64,000 nt of DNA from Azolla caroliniana (Eukaryota; Plantae; Polypodiophyta): the NCBI GenBank assembly GCA_043228905.1, contig JBHGNT010000014.1, forward strand, positions 1,674,001-1,738,000, written 5' to 3'. The translations under genes and the position numbers were made by a program. The notes below the pieces were generated by a model, which saw nothing but the letters and a program-made list of their open reading frames with translations, was not told the origin of the DNA and made no database searches. Of the stretch, positions 35,265 through 45,516 are shown in pieces. Numbering within the stretch: the first letter of the stretch is position 1; each line of letters starts with the position of its first letter.

Positions 35265-38200
35265 AGGGGGAGTTTGTTAGGAAATAGGTCCCTCCAGATG
35301 GGAAGTGAGAAAAATAGACCCGGTGAGAACCAGATGACGAGTACCCGGCTACGGAGAGCCGGATGGTGCAGACCCTGTGAGAACCGGATGACGAGTACCC
35401 GGCTACGGAGAGCCGGATGGTGCAGACCCGGTGAGAATCGGATGACGAGTACCCAGCTACGGAGAGATGGATGGTGCAGACCCGGTGAGAACCGGATGAC
35501 GAGTACCCGGCTACGGAGAGCCGGATGGTGCAGACCCGGTGAGAACCGGATGACGAGTACCCGGCAAGTGCCGGATGATGCAGGCCCTGTGAGAACCGGA
35601 TGAAGAGACATATTTGTAAATATGTTTCTGAGAGTCCATCGTGGCTATATTTGTAAATAGCCGAAAAGTCATATTAGTATAAATATGACTTAGGGCAAAC
35701 TTATGATGTGGGTTGTTGTCATTCTTGTTGGCGCAAGATTAGAGCACGCAACTGTGTACAGAGAGAGTGAGAGAGAGGAAGAGGTCGTTGCCTCTGATTG
35801 TAACCACCGCCTGTGCTGAAGATAGCAAGCTCGAGGTCGTGGCCTCGGTGCTTTCTTATTGTACATTCTGACATAGTGATAGTTTGCGGTATGTGGGCTG
35901 CCGTGGTTTTTCCCGAGTTTGGGTTTTCCACGTAAAAATCCTGTGTACTCTTCTCTCTATCGTGTTGTGTTCCATTCCCTGTTTTCTGTGTTTTATTCTA
36001 GGCTCGGTTGTGGCCGAGCGTTGTTCAAAGGGAGCGTGTAGTTCCTGTCAGTTTAGTGGCCGGATGGCCCAAATATGTGAAGCCTGCCATCTTGGGAAGC
36101 AACACCGGCTTCCATTCCCCACCAAACAAAACCGGAGTTGTAACTTGGGTATTTTGTCTCCTTCATCGACAACTACAGTTGGCACATGTGGATCTATCTC
36201 ATCAAGAAGAAAAGTGAAGTCTTCGACTGTTTCTGGAACCTTCAAAGCTTAGTCGAAAGGGAAACGGAAAGGAAGATCAAGTAACTACGGTCGGATGGCA
36301 GAAAAGAATAGTTTTCCGGCCAATTCAACTGTTATCTACAGCAGAATGGAATTTGGAGAGAATTCAGTTGCCGATACACACTGGAACAAAACGGTGTGGC
36401 CGAGAGAAAGAACCGGTCGATTGTCTACACGGCAAGGGCAATGCTAGAGGAGACGAGCATGCCCAAATTCTACTGGGTTGAGGCGGTCCAGATGGCCATC
36501 TACATCCAAAACCGGATCGGTGACAAGGTGTCAATACATGAGTTGTATTTCTGGTGAAAGCTGAATTTGAGACACCTTCGGATCTTCGGTAGCATAGCAT
36601 ATGCGCATGTACCGGATGAGAAGTGGAGGAAGCTAGATCCAAAGTCGGAGAAGTGCATCCTAGTCGGTTACTTGCATGAGCAAAAGGGGTATAAGTGTTA
36701 TAACCCTCAGACTAAACAGGTCCGAGTAAGCCGAGATGTCGAGTTTAATGAATCGGCATCATGGTACTCTCTCCCGACTCCAACTCCTGACGAAGACCCG
36801 ATTCCGGAGGATGAGGCTAGTGAACCCAGAGAGGTTCACGAAGACAATGACGGATTCGGTACTCTAGATGAGAGTCCGATCTCATTCCAGTTAAATGGGC
36901 TGAATGAGCGGCTGAGTCGGGATGACTAGTCGGATGAAGAATCGGCGAGTAGTGGAGATTCTGTCGTGCTCTCCCCGCACAAGGAACCGAGGAGACGATT
37001 CACGCGCAAAGAGAAAGCGAAGAAGAAGATGTTGGAATACGATACCGGTAGTGAAGGGTCAGATCGGAACAAATCTTACCCCGGAAAGGAAGAAGGCAGA
37101 TCTTCAAAAAGGAAGTCTGAACCGGCCAAGAAGGGCCTCAAACCGGGTAGTGAAAAGTTATGTCAGTCAACCTATCAAAAGAAAACCGGCATGAGGTATG
37201 GATACAATGAGTACATGGCACATCACTATGCGTACATGACTAAGGTGGTGAAAGTGTGTGAGCCAGAGAGCTACACAGAAGTAGCAAAGGACGCAAATTA
37301 GTGTGCTGCTATGGAGGAAGAAATGCAGGCACTTGATGCCAGTGACACATGGGACTTGGTTGACCCTCCCCGATAGTGTAAACCGATCGGTTGCAAATGG
37401 GTATATAAGGTGAAGTACAATGTCGACGGTTCGGTCAACCGGTACAAGGCCCGGCTAGTGGCAAAGGGATACGCATAGACCCACATAATCGACTACGACG
37501 AGACCTTTGCTCCGGTTGCGAAGATGACGATGGTTCGTGTGGTACTAGCTGTTGCTGGGGCAAGGGGATGGCATCTTCACCAAATGGACATGAAGAATGT
37601 GTTTCCTCATGGTAACCTTGAAGAACGGGTCTATATGATCCAACCCCCCGGTTTCCAATCGGAGATGAACAAGTCGGCAGTATGCTGACTCAAGAAGTCG
37701 CTTTACGGTCTGAAGCAAGCCCCTTGAGCTTAGAATGCGAAGATGGGGTTTGCGGCCTCAAAGTCCGACTCATCACTGTTCATCCGGAAAGGTTCGGATG
37801 GACGGTCTATATCCTACTACATGTTGATGATTTACTCATCACTAGACACAAACTGGATGAAATCGGCAGAGTGAAGTCCTAGTTGTCGGAGGCATTTGAA
37901 ATGAAGGACCTGGGGGACCTTCATTATTTTCTTGGGATCGAGGTGATCCGAACCCCCAATGGCATATTGCTCTCACAAAGACACTATGTGCTGAATATGT
38001 TGTACAAGTTCGGCATGACGTAATGCCGACCGATCTCCACACCCTTGGACTGGAACCTGAAGCTACGTCCCAACTCCAGCCTGTCCTGCGATGAGAAACG
38101 GTTCCAAAAAATTGTCGGAAGCCATATATACTTGACGATCACCCGACCCAACATCAGTTATCCAGTCGGGGTGATCAGCCAGTTCATGCAGAAGCCGACC

Positions 38201-39339
38201 GTCGAGCACCTTCAGTGCGCACACCGGATATTGCAGTATGTTAGCGGCACGAAGGACCGGGAACTGTTATACCGACACGGTATAGTTGGGAAGCTAGTTG
38301 AATATACCAATGCCGATTGGGTTGGTGATGCATTGGATCACCGATCCACCTCTGGTTACATGTTTTCTCTTGGTAGTGCGGCTATTGCGTGGAGCAGCAA
38401 AAAGCAGCCAATAGGGGCTCTGTCAACACTGCGACTGAATACCGAGGTGCTACCATTGCCACCTATGAAGCCATCTGGCTTCGGGGATTGTTGCGAGACC
38501 TCCGGATCGAGGTGCCAACCCCGATCTTGATTTATTGTGACAATGTAAGCAGTATACACCTCGTCAAGAACCTTGTATTCCATGCTCAAACAAAGCAAAT
38601 TGAAGTGCATTATCACTTTGTTCCTGAGCGGTGAAGTTGAACTTTGGTATGTTCACACGGATCGGTAGGTTGCCAACATCTTCACCAAGCCGCTTGGATC
38701 GAACAAGTTGCATCATTTCTCAGAAATGCTTGGCATTCAACATCTCAATGTGACGCACTTGAGGGGGAGAACAGGAACAGGAACGGATGGCATCGAACAA
38801 GGAGCCAGAGAGGAAGAAAGAACCAAGGGGGGAGATGAGCATATAAAGGAAGCCGAGCCAACCGAAGGAGTCAGCACATCCGAACAAGTCAGAGCAAGCG
38901 GCAACGACGGCAGAGTCAAGAAGGATAGAGCCGACCGGAAGAAGGCCAAGACCCAGACGTGGTCCGATGTGGTAAAGGGCCTGAAAATGGATGACAAGTT
39001 AGAGACTACCAACTCGGACAAAAGCTGGAACGAATCGGAGGAAGCAGATTCGGAAGAGCCGGTTCAACAGTTGGATTCGGAAGAGCCGGATCAACTAAAG
39101 GCCAAGTGGACGAGACGGCAGCGGAAGTCAAAACCGATACGGAGGAACTGATGGGTCGACAAGTGCCGAAGTCATAGCCGCGAAGGAGCTAAGATGGGCT
39201 TGCTGAGGAGGTCGAGGAGCGCAGAACCGGACGGGTCACGGGAAGCGGAACCAAACCAGATGAGGAGCGTGAGCAAGGCGGGAGGACGTAAGGAGCCGAA
39301 GGAAAGGACCGGCTACTACAGAAACTGACACCATGATCC

Positions 39340-40065
39340 TGTCAAGAACTGCACGCTCCCTATGCGCAACGCTCGGCCACAACCGAGCTTAGAATCATAC
39401 ACAGAAAACGGGAAACGAAAGACACACGACACAAAGGAGAGAAGAGTACACAGGATGTTTAACGTGGTAAACCCTGAGAGGGAAAAAACCACGGGAGTCC
39501 ACAGACTCCAAACTATCTCTATATCACAATGATTACAACAGTGAGCTCACGGAGGCAACGACCTCGCGCTCACGACCTTCGCCACAGACGGCGGTTACAA
39601 CAGAGGCAACGACCTCTTCCTCTCTCTCTCACTCTTTGTACACTGTTACGAGCTCTCTCTTCTTGCACCAACAAGACTGACAACAACACTCTACTTTTTT
39701 CAATAAGTTTGCCCTAAGTCATATTTATACTAATATGACTTTTCGGCTATTTACAAATATAGCCTCGATGAACTCTCAGAAACATATTTACGAATATGTC
39801 TCTTCATCCGGTGAGCACTCCTCACCGGGTCTGCACCATCCGGCTCTCCGTAGCCGGGTACTCCTCATCCGGTTCTCACCGGGTCTGCACCATCCGGCTC
39901 TCCGTAGCCGGGTATTCATCCGGCTCTCACCGGGTCTGCACCATCCAGCTCTGCAAAGCCGGGTACTCGTCATCCGGTTTCGGCCTCGGCCTATCGGCCT
40001 CAACCGATTTTGCTCATCAGCACTATTCTTCTCCCTTCCCATCCGGAGGGACCTATCTCCTAACA
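39340..40065 (-). mobile_element. Solo LTR of the F family in the 3' UTR of E
   Basis: TG...CA, contains the 54-bp units, perfect TSD GATCC. Confidence 0.94.
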
Positions 40066-40096
40066 GATCCAACCTCAAGTTGAGCTTAAGGGGGAG

Positions 40097-40572
40097 TGTT
40101 AAGCGAGAAAGCTCAACCAGATCCGGATGGGCTGAATAAGCCAGAGCCGAATTGATATCCGGAACAGAGAACTGGATCGGTGTCTGGATGATATCTGGAA
40201 CCATGAGCCGGATTGGAGAGCCGGATCAGATTGAAATCAGTAGACCATTAGAGGCCTACGGATCTAGCCTAGTAGGCATATTTTTGGGAGTAAGTGAAAG
40301 TCGCTCGTATGAGCATTGAAGTACCTATCAGTACTTCTATAAGTCCTTTTTGGACTTGTATAAAAGTGCTCTCTGAGCCCATTCTATGTGCAGAGTTACA
40401 TAGTGTTATTTTTTTAATAGAGTTTTATTATCTGCTCTCTCTCTCACACACTCTCTCTGTCTCTCTTGTGTATGCTTATTCTCCGTGTTAAGCTTCCACT
40501 AAGCCTTCTTCTCCTCACTGTTACTATCCGGCAAAGCCAGTTTGGCATATGCTTCGCACACTAACTTTCACA
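40097..40572 (+). repeat. 3' LTR of E (476 bp)
   Basis: Matches 22931-23308 plus 28737-28837 with many substitutions. Confidence 0.9.
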
Positions 40573-40960
40573 CCGGTTAAAACGTTTCCACCTACATGAA
40601 ACATGGGGTCGCGAGGAAACTATTAGATGTGAACCTGACGCACTTCTGAAGACACAAGTCCGTAGAGGGAGAAGATGCTACTTCATCAAGTGGCGAGGGA
40701 AACCCTTATCCGAAGCGTTGTCAGTAACTGAAGAAGTGTTGCTACAAGCATGGTTTGAATGGCTACTTGAGCTTCCACAACAACCAAAGCCCCAAACTTA
40801 GAAACCTCTATGCAATAGTTCCGAGGTCGAAACTCTCTTGACTAATGACCGTTACAATTACATAAAATAAATCTTGGAATCACAAACATTTCATCTCACT
40901 AACGTTTGAGCTCCCAATAAAACTCTATTTAAGGAAGTAGTTATGATCCTCAAGGGGGGG

Positions 40961-41217
40961 TGTTCCCGATGGGGAAAAATTAGGTTCATTAGTTAGTAAT
41001 TACTGTTTATCTTTTCACTTCCATTGAATGTAGTGTTTCCTATCATTTTGTGCCATTGGTGTAATATAAATATTGATTAATAAAATACATTATACTCAAT
41101 CTGGGACTCACGAGTTTTCTATCTCTCTCTCTCTTACAATCTATTCATAACTAAATTCGTCTCAAATTTCTCCTCCTCCTAGTCCAAAACCTCGGCGGTT
41201 TCCAGCTGACTCACACA
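40961..41217 (+). repeat. Probable 3' LTR of element B
   Basis: Starts TGTT right after a G-rich PPT, contains a TATA-like box, and ends CACA where an unrelated relic begins. The partner LTR is not in the window. Confidence 0.55.
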
Positions 41218-42116
41218 ACGATCCGGCGCCGAAAGGCATGACAGCGGAGGCCCCTGGAGATGAACACCGGATGTGGCGGTATGAAAAGGCTAATGGAGGA
41301 GGCAGAGACACAACATGTCGAGGCCGTCCACTACTTGGTGTTGGCTGGAATCCAGACAAGAGGGGAAAAGAATGTTCGTAAGGAGAAGGACGTCGGATTT
41401 TGGCTGATCATTTATTGATAGCCTAGTCGGGAAGAAGCTTAAGAAGGACAAAGCAGACCGAGTAGAGCAATGAGTCCAGGAGGTTACTGGATTGGATGAT
41501 CCGGTGGAGGAGAAGACCAACCTCGTCGAGGCTACGTGCCAGAACTACAAGGTTTTTGTTGATGAAAAGCAGGTCGGAAAGGACGGAGGGGGCAGGACCC
41601 TCAAGAAGGTATGAGACCCACGAAGTGCATAACAAGCAGGGAAAGGAGAAGTTCCTAGACTTCAAGTTATGCTCGGAAATCGAGCAAGCTATGAACTTGA
41701 GGAAGGTCATGGAGGAGAGGATCCTTGATAGTCGGGTGGAACTCATGCTACGGGAAGTGCTTGTATTGCAAAAATGGAGCTCCACGACACCATTATTAAC
41801 CTTGTGAAAAGGAAGCAGCTCTCAACCGAGGCCGAGAGCGTCAAGCCCACAGGTGTTAACGCTATCTTAATGAATGGAGTGGCAGCGGAAGAAGACGATG
41901 GATACAACCACTACATGAGGCCACACTGGGCAAGGGTTACAACAGAAATGTCGGTTTGGTTCGAAGATGTCACGGAACCCGTGGTAGCATTGATCAACCA
42001 TGGATTCCAAATAAACCAAATGTCGATGGACTTCTACAAGAAGGCCAAATCGTCGATCAATACGAAGCACAGATGGAAGATAAGGGCGAAAACCAGAGTG
42101 ATGGAGGAGCTGCCAG
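41218..42116 (+). pseudogene. Relic gag-PR of a G-family Gypsy
   Basis: DPVEEKT, AGPSRRYET, NLRKVMEERILD, HWARVTTE and VVALINHG match G ORF 49244-50119. Confidence 0.85.
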
Positions 42117-43097
42117 ATGAGGCATCCGAAAATGGCCATATTTGTAAATAGGTTTCATTGAGCCTATTTAGGCTAGATTTGTAAATAGCCCATAGTATGT
42201 ATTAGTATAAATACATCTAGGACAAATAAGATGAAGTGTGGTTGTTAAAGTTATAGTTGGTAGTTGCCTTTGTAACTGAGTGTGTGTAGGAGAGAGAGAG
42301 TGTAAGAGTTATAACTCTATTGTAACCGTCGTCAAACAAAGAGGAGCTCAAAGTTGTTGCCTTAGAGTCTCCTGTGTATATTCCTCTCACCATAGTGATA
42401 TAGTTTGGAGTTTGTGAATTCCCGTGGTTTTCCACGTAAAATACTTGTGTCTATGTACTTTTGTTTTTTTGTTTTCTATCGGTTCAATCCTTGCACCCGC
42501 ATACGCATCAGTGAGAACTGGTTATGGCCGGTAGGAGAACAAACTGGTATCAGAGCGATGGATGAACATCTAGGAGGCATGTTCAAACTTACTGGCTCCA
42601 ACTATTCAGTGTGGAAGTCGAAGATGTGAGATATGTTGGTGTGTAAAGACTTATGTTTGTCGGTTGAATATGTTAAGACCAAGCCTGACAAGATTGATGC
42701 ATCGACTTGGGAAGTCATGCATCTGAAGGAAGCAGCATACATCCGATGCTCTATAGACATGAGCCTATATAACAATTTCAACGAAGAGAACAAGGCGGAC
42801 GTCCTTTGGGAGAAGATTGGCATTATGTTCGAGAACACAAATATTGTCAACAGAGTCTCGGTGTTTTGGAAGATTGTCAAACTCCGATATTAGCATGGCT
42901 CCAGCATGGCGGAGCACCTCAATGCCTTCCAAGGACTGATCAAGCAGATCACCTCTCTAGAAGTGCCTCTTGCCGACAAGGTATTGGCACTATTATTGCG
43001 GGAATCCCTTCCGAATAGCTAGGAGACGCTCGTTGGCACTTTGGGCAACACGAACCGGAAGGGAAACATCTATCCCTAGAGATGGTGAAGTTAATCT
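42117..43097 (+). mobile_element. Truncated F-like Copia: partial LTR, PBS (42545) and gag fragment
   Basis: ATATTTGTAAATA boxes as in the F LTR, TGGTATCAGAGC, MDEHLGGMFKLTGSNYSVWK. Confidence 0.85.
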
Positions 43098-43394
43098 TGT
43101 CACGGACAGATCGAGTAGAGCAAACAGAGGTGAACCCATGTATTTATACATGTATGTGGGCTCTAAATGTAGTTCCATGTAGATACTCATTTTTATGCAC
43201 AAGCTTCTAGAATGTTTCCAACTTCTGGAGCTTTCTAGAAGGTTCTAAAATCTCCTAGCATGTGGAATAGATAATCTAATAATAATGTAATAATAATCTA
43301 TTAAGGTAATATGACCATTATTGGATGTGTTGGTTAAAACATATCAATTGATCATAATACAAGGTTAAGAGTTCGAATCATGATGGACATGACA
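43098..43394 (-). mobile_element. Diverged H-like LTR without TSD
   Basis: TGTCA...CATGACA termini, TTCTAGAA units and a TACAAGGTT..GTTCGAATC block as in the H LTR. Confidence 0.65.
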
Positions 43395-43397
43395 ACA

Positions 43398-43509
43398 ATG
43401 AAAAATCCTTCTCTAAAATTACACATACGTCCTAGGTTCTATATTAATTCATCCATGACAAATCCTTTCTAAAATTACACATACATCTTAGGGTCTATAT
43501 TAATTCATA
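43398..43509. repeat. Direct tandem duplication of about 56 bp
   Basis: AAATCCTT..CTAAAATTACACATAC..TAGG.TCTATATTAATTCAT occurs twice. Confidence 0.75.
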
Positions 43510-43519
43510 ATTATAAATA

Positions 43520-43901
43520 ACAATCGAAAATGGTTTAGTTTGAGAGTGTGAAGACAAAACTGTCTAAAAATTTTGAAACTTGAACCAAACCGAACCGTGT
43601 AAAAACATTCAAACTGCGGTTTCGTGGTTTGGTTTTGGTTTTCAACTTAGTCAAATTTCAAATTTTAAAATTTTAAAATATTTTAAATTTTAGTTTTTCA
43701 AAATTTTCCTAAAATGTGAGAATAAGGCTTGAAATTGAAAAAATTGTTTAAAACAAAACTACTTAGAAATTAAAAAATAAAAAATCATTAAACCGTTTAA
43801 ACCGCGGTTTCTAATAGTTGAAACCGAACTGAACCGTTTAAGTTGTTAAGCCACGGTTTCGCAGTTCGGTTCAGTTCAAACCAAACCGTTGCCGACTATT
43901 A
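43520..43901. mobile_element. Possible non-autonomous DNA transposon end (hAT/MITE-like subterminal repeats)
   Basis: Clusters of AAACCG/CGGTTT in both orientations in AT-rich DNA; TIR and TSD not resolved. Confidence 0.45.
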
Positions 43902-44330
43902 ATTATGCAAATGATCTTTCTTATTTTTAGAACAATCTTTTCTTGAATTTACAAATATTTGAGAGACCGAATCTTAGTCTTTGAACTTCCGATTCATATG
44001 TTGTTTGCACTATTGAGCCCTTATCGCTAAGCCTAGTCGTTGATGTCAAGATTCCACCTAATTTATCTCATGAAGTTTGAGCTTCACAACAGCATGTGTT
44101 GCTCCAATGAAGAAAAGATTATCATAAATACCATAGTGGAAAGCAACTAGAGGTACTTTGTGGATTTCCAATGCAAGCTTAGGCTCAAGATTGCAATACG
44201 AAGCAAAAATTAAAACTATGGATAAAAATATTTGAATACAAATATATATATATATATATATATATATTATTTTTATTTTTTTCCAAAAAAAACTCCTTCC
44301 ATTAGTTATAAAATTTTACAAATGAGACAA

Positions 44331-44806
44331 TTATGTACAAATCCCTGTAGGGACACGATAGTTCCATCTTATGTGGATGCCCACTGACTCAAGAAAGCGA
44401 GAGGACGACCATTGTTGGATGAAAGCTATTCGTTGTCTTTCGACTCCATCAGAGCCTCCCTTGAGGCCATCATATTGGCTCTTTAGAGTGGCTACAATTT
44501 CACTCCATATCTCTTGTAGTAACCTTGTTGGATGCGCGGTTTGGTTGGAGAAGACCCGTCTACACCATTGTTTCCATAGAATCCAAAGAGTTATTGGGCT
44601 GACCAATTCCAACACAACTTAAGATTTGTCATTAAGAGGAGTTGAGTGGACATTGCCGCTGGTGGAGAAAGAAACCTCTTGTGCTTTTATCACCAAAGTC
44701 ATCCCCTCCTCCTGATGCTCGTATCTACCAACTGGGGTCTACCATGATAGCCAACATATATTTCCCCACTTGATTGAGCCTTGCACCTAGCATAATTGCA
44801 ACACGT
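44331..44806 (-). pseudogene. LINE ORF2 C-terminus
   Basis: ITLWILWKQWCRRVF motif just before the 3' tail. Confidence 0.8.
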
Positions 44807-45516
44807 TGTCGAGGTATTCCTCGCGGATGCGTGGAATGAGGCGGGACCTCGGGGGTCTTGTACCGAAGAGCAAGAGAGAAAGGAGAAGGGAACCCACTAC
44901 GTGCGAACGTAGATTCGCAGGGACACGGCCCTTCGACACAAAGACGCGAGTGGGACAGCGACACAGATAGACACGAATGTATGTATGTATTAACAAAGAC
45001 AAACAACAAGAACACAAAGTCGGTTACAACCGAACAGGCCGGCGAACAGATGCCGATGCCTGTTCGTAAACGCACAGAAAGAAAGGAGTAGGTTGGAGGT
45101 GCTGCCGGAAGCACTCGGGCATTCCTCAGAGCAGCGCGAGCCTCCCAAAACCTGCACAGAAAGAAGCTATGGAGTTTGGAAGAGAGAGAAGCCTTCGGCC
45201 CACAATCTGACAGCACTTCGTCCTCTCTTACTTCGCGATCCCTCTCCTCCTCCTCGTCTCCCTCCTTTTATAGGCAAGGAAGGAGCCATTTCCTATTAAC
45301 TTCCTACCTACCGAATCTACCTACCTAGGATCTTCTATGTCCCTAATTCTCTCTTATGTACAACGTAAGGCGTACGTGCATGAAGAGCCGGTTCCTATGC
45401 TCCGGCGCACCGATTCCGCTCGTGGACGGTTTTCTTCACGACATCCGCCCCCACCTAACCGCGCATCCACCGGCATGCGCCAAATTGAGTTGGGACGGAG
45501 AAAACCGATCCAGCAT

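Larger units (their letters stand above)
30462..36050 (+). mobile_element. Element F: Copia (Tork/Tnt1-like) with tandem-repeat LTRs
   Basis: LTRs 30462-31187 and 35275-36050; perfect TSD GTTTA; PBS TGGTATCAGAGC at 31191; PPT GAAGGGGGAG. Confidence 0.96.
28928..39151 (+). pseudogene. gag-pol of element E (interrupted by F at 30462-36050)
   Basis: MDRGMASSLPTKNL gag, CWYCGKKGHTESEC, WYVDSGAS, KLDPKSEKCILVGY, LLHVDDLLIT, YCDNVSSIHL. Confidence 0.9.
22931..40572 (+). mobile_element. Element E: Copia (same group as A and J), host of H, F and a solo LTR
   Basis: 5' LTR 22931-28837 (split by H); PBS 28838-28849; PPT AAGGGGGAG; 3' LTR 40097-40572; degenerate TSD CCTTT/CCGGT. Confidence 0.9.
4010..41217 (+). 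mobile_element. Element B: degraded chromovirus Ty3/Gypsy, split by C and E (pieces 4010-4520, 20231-22930, 40578-41217)
   Basis: Knuckle FECGGPHFVSNC at about 4095 and MVDNGATH at 4366. The protease rejoins across C (IEVGEWQG|RTPF..VILGLEW) and the integrase rejoins across E (FHVS|xLKRFH). Chromodomain-like CYFIKWRG at about 40675; PPT AAGGGGGGG at 40952-40960. Confidence 0.82.

Noticed and set aside
22926-40577. E as a recombinant of two elements because its TSD matches only 3/5
   Set aside because: The host B integrase frame rejoins exactly with a 5-bp duplication, so age-related mutation suffices.
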